NCBI GenBank assembly: GCA_041659045.1
Contig: JBAZZB010000004.1
Span: 28,129 to 92,128 of the forward strand
DNA from: Patescibacteria group bacterium
GTDB taxonomy: Bacteria; Patescibacteriota; Patescibacteriia; SG8-24; DYFX01
Length of the DNA stretch: 64,000 nucleotides
Direction of reading: 5' to 3'
The notes under the pieces were generated by a model. The model did no database searches. It was not told the DNA's origin and worked only from the letters and a program-made list of their open reading frames with translations. Of the stretch, positions 7,864-16,511 are shown piece by piece. Within the stretch, counting starts at the first letter, position 1, and the number at the start of each line of letters is the position of its first letter. A program made the translations under genes and the position numbers.

Positions 7864-10505
7864 GCGACATTTTGAAGGATGAAGAAGTCGTTGCAACGCC
7901 GAAAGAAGGCTCGAATCGCGTCAGCTTTCGCGTGCACCAAGATGTGAGCGCGGAGGGTGTCGTTGTTGAAGGTACTGATGGCACACGGCGTTTCGAGGGA
8001 AAAGTCGATGTGCGTCGCCGTGGCGAAATCGACTATCCGGCGAGCGAGCAGCGGCCGGAGAGTTTGATCGCTTTGCTGCGCAAGGTCGTGAAGTTCGATA
8101 CCGCGCATGAGTCTGCTTCGCAGCCAGCGGTTGCTGCGTCGGTGCCGGCAGGCGATCAACGCGCTTTGCTCGCGCTCGGCGGCATGCATTGTTCATCCTG
8201 CGCCAACTTGATTGCGCGCGGATTGCGCAAAGTGAAAGGCGTGAAAGAAGCGAACGTGAACTTCGCTGCGGAAAAAGCGCGTATCGTTTTTGATCCGCGA
8301 TTGACCGACGAAGCGGCACTGATCGAAGCTGTCAAAAAAACCGGTTACCGCGCGGAGCTCGCATCCAAAGCCGACCCGGAAGCGGACCGCGCCCGCCGCG
8401 CCCTGGAAATGCGCACCTACAAACGCAAGTTCCTGCTTGGCGCGATTCTCAGCGTGCCGATGTTCTACTTCATGCTGCTCGACTTCCTGGCGTTTCTGCC
8501 TGGACGCTCGGCACTGCTGCCGCTTGTCGGCCTCGTTTCCTTTATCTTGGCGACGCCTGTGCAGATTGTGCTCGGTGCCGACTTCTACAAGGGTGCGTGG
8601 TCGAGTTTGCGGATGAAGACGTTCAACATGGATTCGCTGATCGCGATCGGTACGACCGCCGCGTTTGTGTACAGCGTTGTGAACTTCGTGGTGTACGCGT
8701 TCACCAACGGAACTGTTCTCGGCATGAACGGCGCGAAGATTCCTGAGCTGTACTTCGAAACATCGGCGTTTCTGATCACGTTTGTGCTGCTCGGCAAGTG
8801 GCTCGAGAGCAAGGCGAAAGGCGAAACATCCGAAGCAGTTAAGAAACTCATGGGGCTTCAAGCCAAGACCGCACGCGTGGTGCGTGAAGGTCGTGCGCTC
8901 GATGTACCGATTGAAGACGTCATGGCTGGCGACACGATCGTCGTGCGCCCAGGTGAAAAAATTCCAGTCGACGGAGAAATCACCAATGGGTCTTCAGCCG
9001 TCGATGAATCGATGTTGACCGGTGAAAGCTTGCCGGTTGAAAAGAAAGAAGGGGATAGGGTGATCGGTGCCACGATGAACAAGACGGGGAGTTTCGAATT
9101 CCGCGCGACGAACGTTGGTGCGGATACGGCGCTTTCGCAGATCGTGAAATTGATTGAAGACGCACAAGGTTCGCGCGCTCCGATTCAAGGCTTTGCCGAT
9201 CGGATCTCGGCCTGGTTCGTGCCAGCCGTGATCATTCTGGCGCTCCTGACGTTTGTCGTTTGGTACTTCGCGCTTGGTGCCACACTCAGCTTCGCGCTCA
9301 TGGCCTTCACCGCTGTGATCGTCATTGCCTGCCCGTGTGCGCTCGGTTTGGCGACGCCAACGGCGATTATGGTCGCGACAGGAAAGGGCGCCGCGCACGG
9401 CATTCTCATCAAAGGAGGTGAACCGCTTGAAGCGGCGTGCAAGATCAAAGCGATCGTCTTCGATAAAACTGGCACGCTCACCAAAGGTACCCCGGAAGTG
9501 ACGGATGTGATCGGTATCGGCTTGAGCGATGAGACGCGGATTCTTGAAATTGCCGCGGGTCTCGAAGCGAAATCGGAACATCCGTTGGCGGAAGCGATTT
9601 GCCGATACGCGGAGGAAGAGAATGTTGATCCGATCGATGTGACGGACTTCAAAGCGATCCCGGGACACGGCGTTCAAGCGACAGCTGAGGGTGTCGAGTA
9701 CTTCTTCGGAAATCGCCGCCTTGTGACGGAAACGCTCTCGCTTGAAATTTCTGGCTTTGATCGAAAGATGCGGAAATTGGAAGAAGCTGGCAAGACGGTC
9801 ATGATCTTGGCGACCAAAGGTAGCGTCATTGGCTTGATCGGCGTCGCTGATACCATTAAGGATACTTCGGCGCGCGCCGTGGCCGATCTCAAAAAGATGG
9901 GGCTTGCGGTCTTCATGATCACGGGCGACAATGAACGCACCGCGCGCGCGATCGCGAAACAGGCTGGCATTGAAAATGTGCTGGCGGAAGTGTTACCGGA
10001 ACACAAAGCGGACGAGGTCAAAAAACTGCAGGCAACAGGTATCAAGGTCGCGATGGTTGGTGACGGCATCAACGATGCTCCGGCACTCGCGCAAGCAGAT
10101 CTCGGCGTCGCCATGTCGAGCGGTACAGACGTCGCAATGGAAACCGGAGGCGTCGTGCTCATGAAGAACGACTTGAATGATGTTGTGACGGCAATCAAGC
10201 TCTCGCGCGAGACGCTTGGCAAGGTCCGGCAGAACCTGTTCTTCTCCCTCTTCTATAACGTCGCTGGTATTCCGATCGCGGCACGTGTTTTCGCCGGCTT
10301 TGGACTTGTGCTCAAACCGGAGTTGGCAGGACTCGCGATGGCTCTCAGTTCCGTTTCGGTCGTGGCGAACTCATTGCTCTTGCGCGGTTTCCGTCCCGAT
10401 CATCGTAACTGGCTCTCACTTGCCGCGCCGTTCGTCATGACCGCGCTCTTCCTCGCCGCGTTCATTGGATTCGCCCGCTTGAGCGGGGGAGTGATGGGCG
10501 TCTGA
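7860..10505 (+). CDS. copA: Cu(I)-translocating P1B-type ATPase
   Basis: 881 aa with [12 protein letters not shown], the CPC motif ([12 protein letters not shown]), DKTGTLT, and [10 protein letters not shown]. Confidence 0.9.
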   Translation: MSDILKDEEVVATPKEGSNRVSFRVHQDVSAEGVVVEGTDGTRRFEGKVDVRRRGEIDYPASEQRPESLIALLRKVVKFDTAHESASQPAVAASVPAGDQRALLALGGMHCSSCANLIARGLRKVKGVKEANVNFAAEKARIVFDPRLTDEAALIEAVKKTGYRAELASKADPEADRARRALEMRTYKRKFLLGAILSVPMFYFMLLDFLAFLPGRSALLPLVGLVSFILATPVQIVLGADFYKGAWSSLRMKTFNMDSLIAIGTTAAFVYSVVNFVVYAFTNGTVLGMNGAKIPELYFETSAFLITFVLLGKWLESKAKGETSEAVKKLMGLQAKTARVVREGRALDVPIEDVMAGDTIVVRPGEKIPVDGEITNGSSAVDESMLTGESLPVEKKEGDRVIGATMNKTGSFEFRATNVGADTALSQIVKLIEDAQGSRAPIQGFADRISAWFVPAVIILALLTFVVWYFALGATLSFALMAFTAVIVIACPCALGLATPTAIMVATGKGAAHGILIKGGEPLEAACKIKAIVFDKTGTLTKGTPEVTDVIGIGLSDETRILEIAAGLEAKSEHPLAEAICRYAEEENVDPIDVTDFKAIPGHGVQATAEGVEYFFGNRRLVTETLSLEISGFDRKMRKLEEAGKTVMILATKGSVIGLIGVADTIKDTSARAVADLKKMGLAVFMITGDNERTARAIAKQAGIENVLAEVLPEHKADEVKKLQATGIKVAMVGDGINDAPALAQADLGVAMSSGTDVAMETGGVVLMKNDLNDVVTAIKLSRETLGKVRQNLFFSLFYNVAGIPIAARVFAGFGLVLKPELAGLAMALSSVSVVANSLLLRGFRPDHRNWLSLAAPFVMTALFLAAFIGFARLSGGVMGV

Positions 10506-10525
10506 TTCATTCACGTCTTGTTCCC

Positions 10526-12028
10526 ATGAATAAAATTTTCACGCTCGCCGCGCTCACGGTGCTTGTCGGAGCTGGTTGCGGGATCACCGCGACCCCCAAA
10601 GGATCGGCACCGGTGATCAAGGGAACGAATCCAACCGTTATCGAAACCGGTGTCGTGCGCGAATATACGCTGACGGCCGATGAGACGCGTTGGGAGCTGC
10701 GCCCAGATTTTTCGACGGAGGTCTTCGCCTACAACGGCCAAGTGCCTGGCCCCGAAATCCGGGTGAAGCGCGGCGATCGCGTGAAAGTGACGCTCGTGAA
10801 CAAGTTGGAGGATTCCACAACGATTCATTGGCATGGCATCCGCGTGCCCGCCAGCATGGATGGATTTCCGGGTATCAGCCAGGAACCCGTCGCGCCAGGT
10901 GGAACATTTGTCTACGAGTTCGTTGTGCCTGACGCGGGCACCTTCTTCTACCACTCGCACGTTGATACGGATGAGCAGGTTGATCGTGGTTTGTATGGTC
11001 CGTTTATCGTCGAACCATCCGAAGGCGCGGTCTCCGATGTTGTTGTTGCCTTGGACGACTGGCTCCTCGATGATTCCGGTAATCGCTTAGACACGGAGCG
11101 CACGTACGAAGAAACGCAAACCGATAACGTGCTCGACTCTGTGTCCGAGGCGACGCGTCCTTCGACGGGGGGAACGCAGCACATGATGGCTGATGGTTCG
11201 GTGATGGGCGGCATGCAGCATGAAGGGATGATGGATCATAATTTTGATCCGAGGATCAATGGCCGCTACGGCAACATCTTGGCTGTAAACGGCAAGATGG
11301 GTTCGGCAATCGCGAGGGTGGAAGTGCCGAAGGGAGGCACGCGCCTGCTTCGCTTCATCAACGCCTCGAACTCGATGACGCATGAATTGAAAGCGGACGA
11401 CGGACGCTTGCTCGAAATCGTCGCGGTCGACGGCACGTCGCTCGCAAAACCCGTGCGTACCGGCACGCTGACCATCTCGCCCGCCAAGAGATTCGACGTG
11501 CTGCTTCGCGATCAAGACGGGAAAGCTTGGAGCTTGGTCGAAAAGCGGGCGACGGGGGAACTGCGCATTCCGATCACGATTGGCGGAGAAGCGGGCGTTG
11601 AACCGTCGTTTACGACGGACGCTCCAACCCCGCCCGATCTTCTGGCGCGCAGGCCGGACGCGATCATTTCTGTCGGTACAGATCGCATGATGGATCCGAC
11701 GACCTGGACGGTGAACGGTCTGCCGTACGACATGATGGGCGACAATGATCCGCTCGCGACCTTCCGCGTCGGCACTTGGGTCAAGATGCGTTTCATGAAC
11801 GGCACGATGATGGCGCATCAGATGCATTTGCACGGCGTTTTCATGACGGTCATTGCGCGCGATGGCAAGCCGGTCACAGAGCAGTATCGCCAAGATGTCA
11901 TTGTCGTGCGCCCGAACGAATCGGTCGATATCGCCGTACTCGCCGACAACCTCGGTGACTGGGTGATGCACTGCCACAACCTTGAACATGAAGAGCACGG
12001 GCTGATGGCAAAAATTCGTGTTCAATAA
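10526..12028 (+). CDS. multicopper oxidase (CueO/CopA-like), lipoprotein-type signal
   Basis: HWHGIRVP, HSH, and HCHNLEHEEHGLM copper-binding motifs. N-terminal LVGAGCG lipobox. Confidence 0.85.
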   Translation: MNKIFTLAALTVLVGAGCGITATPKGSAPVIKGTNPTVIETGVVREYTLTADETRWELRPDFSTEVFAYNGQVPGPEIRVKRGDRVKVTLVNKLEDSTTIHWHGIRVPASMDGFPGISQEPVAPGGTFVYEFVVPDAGTFFYHSHVDTDEQVDRGLYGPFIVEPSEGAVSDVVVALDDWLLDDSGNRLDTERTYEETQTDNVLDSVSEATRPSTGGTQHMMADGSVMGGMQHEGMMDHNFDPRINGRYGNILAVNGKMGSAIARVEVPKGGTRLLRFINASNSMTHELKADDGRLLEIVAVDGTSLAKPVRTGTLTISPAKRFDVLLRDQDGKAWSLVEKRATGELRIPITIGGEAGVEPSFTTDAPTPPDLLARRPDAIISVGTDRMMDPTTWTVNGLPYDMMGDNDPLATFRVGTWVKMRFMNGTMMAHQMHLHGVFMTVIARDGKPVTEQYRQDVIVVRPNESVDIAVLADNLGDWVMHCHNLEHEEHGLMAKIRVQ

Positions 12029-12037
12029 AGAGACGCT

Positions 12038-12064
12038 TCAAAACCCGCTTCGGCGGGTTTTGTT
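12038..12064 (+). terminator. Rho-independent terminator (caaaacccgcttcggcgggttttg)
   Basis: GC stem with ttcg loop and a T-run, followed by a tatact -10-like box for the next gene. Confidence 0.7.
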
Positions 12065-12071
12065 ATACTGA

Positions 12072-14159
12072 TTGCATATGATGTACGTTTGCCCGATGCA
12101 TCCGGAAGTACAGCGCGACGCTCCGGGACGCTGCCCCGAATGCGGCATGGAACTCGTGCCAATGAAAGAAAAGAAGGAGCACGGAGCTCACGCCGCTTCG
12201 AACAAACACGAGGGTCACTCGACAATGCAGTTCGCTCGCAAGTTTTGGATCTGTCTTGTGCTGACGGCGCCAGTCGTTCTGTATTCCGAAATTGTTCCGA
12301 CGCTTTCCGGTTGGCGTCCGCCGGCGTTTCCGGGATCGATGTATATTCCAGCACTTCTCGCCTCGATCGTTTTCTTTTGGGGCGGAGGCGTGTTTTTGCT
12401 CGGTGCCTTCCGGGAGCTGCGCGGCCGTAAGCCCGGCATGATGACGCTCATCGCTTTGGCAGTCGTCGCGGCCTATACATTTAGCGTCTGGTCGACGTTC
12501 ACGGGTGGAATGGAGACTCTGTACTGGGAGCTGACGACGCTGATCACGGTCATGCTGCTCGGTCACTGGCTCGAGATGCGCGCCGTGAGTAGTACGAGCG
12601 GTGCTTTAAAAGAGCTGGCAAAACTTCTACCCGATGAGGTCGAGGTTTTAAGAAACGGCACGCCGACCAAGATCCCGCTTTCTGAATTGCGCGAGAATGA
12701 TTTTTTTATTGTGCGTCCAGGCGGCAAAATCGCCGCTGATGGCGTCATCGAAGACGGCGAGTCCGACGTGAACGAATCAATGGTCACGGGCGAGTCGCGT
12801 CCGGCGAAAAAAACGAAGGGAAACCCTGTCATCGCCGGTACGGTGAACGGAGACGGAGCGCTCACGATCCGCGTGTCCCAGCTTGGTGACAAGACGTTTC
12901 TTGCCGGCGTCATGCGCTTGGTTGCGGATGCTCAAGCTTCAAAATCCAAACTACAAATTTTGTCCGACCGCGCGGCGATGGTTCTGACCTATGTCGCTGT
13001 TGCTGTCGGCCTCACGACGCTCATCGCTTGGTGGATTGCCTCTGGCCCGGCACTTGCCGTCGAGCGCATGGTTTCGGTTCTGGTTATCGCCTGCCCGCAC
13101 GCGCTCGGTCTGGCCGTGCCGCTCGTCGCTTCGATCTCAACCATGATGGCGGCAAAAAACGGCTTCTTGGTGAAGCAGCGACTCGCTCTCGAGGCCGCAC
13201 GCAACGTCGACTTGGTGCTCTTTGATAAAACAGGAACCCTCACAAAAGGGGAGTATGGCGTCGATCGCGTCTGGGGACTCGAGATTTCCGAAGATGAAAC
13301 CTTGGCGCTCGCGGCGGCCGTCGACGCGTCATCCGAACATGTTGTTGCGCGAGCGATTGTCGCACGCGCCAAAGAACGCGGCCTCACGATTCCTGTGGCG
13401 GAAGCATTCCAGCGCGTGCCGGGGAAAGGTGTTGCAGCGCGCGTGGCCGGACGCGAGATCGCTGTCGGCGGCGAGACGGCCATTACGACTCAATCAAGAA
13501 CATCAGTAGCTTGGAATGACATCAAAGCGGAGAACGCCAAGGGTAAGACGATTGTCTATGTGCTCGAAGGCGAGAAAATTCTCGGAGCTTTCGCCTTAGC
13601 CGACGTGATTCGTCCGGAATCACGGGAAGCGATTGCTTCGTTGAAAGCGATGGGTGTGAACGTCGGCATGGTCACCGGCGATTCCGAAGATGTCGCGGCC
13701 TGGGTAGCAGCCGAACTCGGTATCGACGAGGTCTTCGCGCGCGTCCTGCCGGGTGACAAAGCCGGTAAGGTACAGATGTTGCAGGAGAAGGGGCACGTTG
13801 TCGCAATGGTTGGCGATGGTATCAACGACGCCCCCGCGCTTACGCAGGCCGATCTTGGTATTGCTATTGGCGCCGGCACAAACGTTGCTGTCGAATCCGC
13901 AGGCATCATCCTGGTCAAAAATGATCCACGCGACATTCCAAAAATCATCCGTCTTTCGCGCCTGACCTATTCCAAGATGATGCAAAATCTTTTTTGGGCG
14001 ACGGGGTACAACATTGTCGCGATGCCGCTCGCGGCCGGGGTCCTGGCTTCTCGCGGGATTTTGCTGCAACCGGCCTTGGCCGCCGTTTTCATGTCGCTGA
14101 GCACGGTCATCGTGGCGGTGAACGCCCTACTCTTGCGCAGAAAGAAGCTTTCGGCATGA
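12072..14159 (+). CDS. copB: CopB-like P1B-type ATPase (CPH motif) with N-terminal CPMHP/CxxC heavy-metal-binding domain
   Basis: 695 aa. N-terminus YVCPMHPEV...GRCPECGMELVP, TM motif IACPHALGLAVP (CPH, P1B-3 type), [17 protein letters not shown]. Confidence 0.85.
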   Translation: MHMMYVCPMHPEVQRDAPGRCPECGMELVPMKEKKEHGAHAASNKHEGHSTMQFARKFWICLVLTAPVVLYSEIVPTLSGWRPPAFPGSMYIPALLASIVFFWGGGVFLLGAFRELRGRKPGMMTLIALAVVAAYTFSVWSTFTGGMETLYWELTTLITVMLLGHWLEMRAVSSTSGALKELAKLLPDEVEVLRNGTPTKIPLSELRENDFFIVRPGGKIAADGVIEDGESDVNESMVTGESRPAKKTKGNPVIAGTVNGDGALTIRVSQLGDKTFLAGVMRLVADAQASKSKLQILSDRAAMVLTYVAVAVGLTTLIAWWIASGPALAVERMVSVLVIACPHALGLAVPLVASISTMMAAKNGFLVKQRLALEAARNVDLVLFDKTGTLTKGEYGVDRVWGLEISEDETLALAAAVDASSEHVVARAIVARAKERGLTIPVAEAFQRVPGKGVAARVAGREIAVGGETAITTQSRTSVAWNDIKAENAKGKTIVYVLEGEKILGAFALADVIRPESREAIASLKAMGVNVGMVTGDSEDVAAWVAAELGIDEVFARVLPGDKAGKVQMLQEKGHVVAMVGDGINDAPALTQADLGIAIGAGTNVAVESAGIILVKNDPRDIPKIIRLSRLTYSKMMQNLFWATGYNIVAMPLAAGVLASRGILLQPALAAVFMSLSTVIVAVNALLLRRKKLSA

Positions 14160-14181
14160 CGGTCGGGTATACTGTTTCGAC

Positions 14182-14814
14182 ATGCTACGCGGAACTTCCA
14201 CAGAATTGATCCGCACGACAGCGAAGCTTGTCTTCGGAGCTTTCCTGTTCTTGTTTGTGGCGTCCTTCTTGGCTTTGCCGTGCATGCAGAGTGATAGCGG
14301 ACTCTTCGTCTCGTTAACGAATGGCTCCTCGGCCGCGTTGAGTGTCGCGCGTTCGTCACAAGCTGTAAAAGCACTATCACTCCAAGGGCCGCTATCGAAG
14401 GTGGCGCTTGGTACACCCTTGTTCGTAACGCAGATGCCAGGAGCGACAGTCCCTACCGCTTCCGTACAATTCGCGAGCGCGTGGCGTACTACTTCAACGC
14501 TCACGGCTTCCGCGGAAATGCAGCCGTCGCCTCGTACCGTGTACCGACAACCGTTCGCGGCGGCCTCGTGCGTGGAACATAAGCTCTTCAAACCACGTTT
14601 GAATATCTTTAAAGCGTTCGAAGTGCCTGCTGCCGAGCACCCACTGCGTTTCGCTGTGGTGCTTGTCGTCACGCTCGGCTTCGGCATCGTTGCGACGTTC
14701 TCCCGTCATACGCCGGTTCGAGTACGCCCTGGTTGGATACGACTCAGATCCCTTCCGTTCGCGTGCTCCGATCCTCCGCGTCTGCCGTACTTCGCCGCAC
14801 AACGTGACGCCTGA
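14182..14814 (+). CDS. low-confidence hypothetical secreted/membrane protein (Ser/Thr/Ala-rich)
   Basis: 210-aa ORF with hydrophobic N-terminus, but weaker GC3 bias than neighbours. A competing minus ORF 14127..14687 exists. Coding status uncertain. Confidence 0.3.
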   Translation: MLRGTSTELIRTTAKLVFGAFLFLFVASFLALPCMQSDSGLFVSLTNGSSAALSVARSSQAVKALSLQGPLSKVALGTPLFVTQMPGATVPTASVQFASAWRTTSTLTASAEMQPSPRTVYRQPFAAASCVEHKLFKPRLNIFKAFEVPAAEHPLRFAVVLVVTLGFGIVATFSRHTPVRVRPGWIRLRSLPFACSDPPRLPYFAAQRDA

Positions 14815-14858
14815 CCGCCCTTTGGCTGTTTCCGCTCCGTATTATTCTGAATGATTCT

Positions 14859-15620
14859 ATGGATTCCAACGAAAAGTTTTCGATGACGCTCTCGGTTAAG
14901 CAGATCTTCCTCGCAGGTGTCGCCGCCGGCGTGCTCGGCGTGACCGCACTCGGTTTCATTCTCATGGTTTCCAAGGGCATCGACACGAGCTCTTGGTTCT
15001 CCGGTTCTGCGCGCGCTCCGCTCGCGGCCGCTCCGTCCGGCGCCGCTCCGACCGGTGACGACAACGGCCAGCAGGTTGGCGAAGTCGCTCCGATCAACGA
15101 CGAAGACCACATGCGCGGCGACAAGAACGCCGAGATCACGCTTCTCGAGTACTCGGACTTCGAGTGCCCCTTCTGCTCTCGCTTCCACCCGACGCTCGTT
15201 CAGGCGTTGAACGAATACAAGGGTAAGGTTCGCTGGGTCTACCGCCACTTCCCGTTGAACTCGATTCACCCGAACGCGCAGAAAGCAGCCGAAGCCTCCG
15301 AATGCGCCAGCGAACAGGGTAAGTTCTGGGAGATGGCCGACAAGATGTTCGAGAAGCAGGCTGCGGGCCTCTCTCTCACGCAGCTTTCCGCGCTTGCCAA
15401 GGAAGCGGGCGTGCGTGACATCAAGAAATTCGATTCATGCGTTTCGAGCGGCAAGTACGCCCAGCTCGTCGCAGCCGACCTCGCCAGTGGCGAAGCGGCC
15501 GGCGTGACCGGTACGCCGGGAACGATCGTGATCGGCAAAGACGGTTCGAAGCAGCTCATCCCGGGCGCGCTTCCGTACGACTCCGTCAAGCAGATCATCG
15601 ACTCGATGCTCGCGTCCTAA
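14859..15620 (+). CDS. DsbA-family thiol:disulfide oxidoreductase, membrane-anchored
   Basis: TM anchor, then the thioredoxin CxxC motif FECPFCSRFHP, and the DsbA-like pattern with cis-Pro region TGTPG. Confidence 0.75.
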   Translation: MDSNEKFSMTLSVKQIFLAGVAAGVLGVTALGFILMVSKGIDTSSWFSGSARAPLAAAPSGAAPTGDDNGQQVGEVAPINDEDHMRGDKNAEITLLEYSDFECPFCSRFHPTLVQALNEYKGKVRWVYRHFPLNSIHPNAQKAAEASECASEQGKFWEMADKMFEKQAAGLSLTQLSALAKEAGVRDIKKFDSCVSSGKYAQLVAADLASGEAAGVTGTPGTIVIGKDGSKQLIPGALPYDSVKQIIDSMLAS

Positions 15621-15631
15621 GCATCCGCAGA

Positions 15632-15672
15632 AAAGAAAAAGCCGCCTCGACGAGTCTCGTCGGGGCGGTTTG
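15632..15672. terminator. hairpin terminator (gccgcctcgacgagtctcgtcggggcggttt)
   Basis: Long GC stem-loop between convergent genes. Confidence 0.6.
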
Positions 15673-15676
15673 CGTT

Positions 15677-16351
15677 TCAGTTACCGGTCTGAGCTGCAAC
15701 GTCGTCAGTCTGGAGCGACGTCGTGTCGCCGAACTCGCAGAATGCGTCATCAACGCTTCGCAGGTAGTCTTCCAAAGAGCCAGTGTCCTCCATCTGCATG
15801 GAGCGGGGAACCGCGTCCCACACGGTCGAGACGTGCATCGTCTGCATCGGTTCGTAGTCCGGATTCTTGACCGTGCGCCGCTTCTTGATGCGGTGGAACG
15901 GATGATAGAAGCGAACGCGCGCCACTTGATTGCGCCAATCACGCTGCGTGCCGTCTCGTCGCATGTACTGCGCGGCCTCGTCGGAGAGCGTCAGGAATGC
16001 CGTGAGATGGCAGTCTTCCAGCGGGGTGGCCCGTGGCGCCGGTTCCAGCTGAAGGAGACAGCTCGGCTCCCTCGAGCAGACGGTCATCGCGTCGGTTACG
16101 ATGAAACTTGGGCAACGATACCCGATTCGCATGACGCCGGTTTCAGGAACGACTTCCGGTACCTCGATCATGAGCTCAAAGCGCAGGTTCAGCAGGAGCA
16201 CGTCTGGGACGACCTCCCTGAAGCGTAGGCGGATACCGATCGTCGGCTGCTCGCGATTGGTGAGGTTCCCTTTCTCTAGGGCAATGCGCAGCAGTCGCGA
16301 ACGGATCCACTCGGCGCTAAGTGCAGGAGCAATGAGCATCAATCCCTCCAA
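15677..16351 (-). CDS. hypothetical protein
   Basis: 224-aa ORF. The plus-strand alternative is an Arg-rich shadow. Confidence 0.5.
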   Translation of the reverse strand: MEGLMLIAPALSAEWIRSRLLRIALEKGNLTNREQPTIGIRLRFREVVPDVLLLNLRFELMIEVPEVVPETGVMRIGYRCPSFIVTDAMTVCSREPSCLLQLEPAPRATPLEDCHLTAFLTLSDEAAQYMRRDGTQRDWRNQVARVRFYHPFHRIKKRRTVKNPDYEPMQTMHVSTVWDAVPRSMQMEDTGSLEDYLRSVDDAFCEFGDTTSLQTDDVAAQTGN

Positions 16352-16511
16352 ACAGGCAGGTTGTGGGTTAACGATACGAGAGGTCGCACCATAGAGGAAA
16401 AACGTAAAGACGTCAAGGCCAGCGGGTCACGATCGACATATCAAGCGTAGGCCGCGACCGTCAGGGCAGCATCCTTGAAGCATGGGCACTCTTCCATTAG
16501 GATACCTTTAT

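Noticed and set aside
14127-14687. 186-aa minus-strand ORF as the real gene in the copB-dsbA gap
   Set aside because: The Cys/Ala/Ser/Thr-rich product has no clear start context. It overlaps the equally weak plus-strand ORF. Neither could be preferred, so only the plus ORF is listed at low confidence.
16352-16511. Possible T-box riboswitch leader upstream of valS (also checked upstream of tyrS)
   Set aside because: No T-box consensus (AATTAGGGTGGNACCGCG-like) or specifier/antiterminator architecture was recognisable by eye. This stays unresolved without a covariance-model search.
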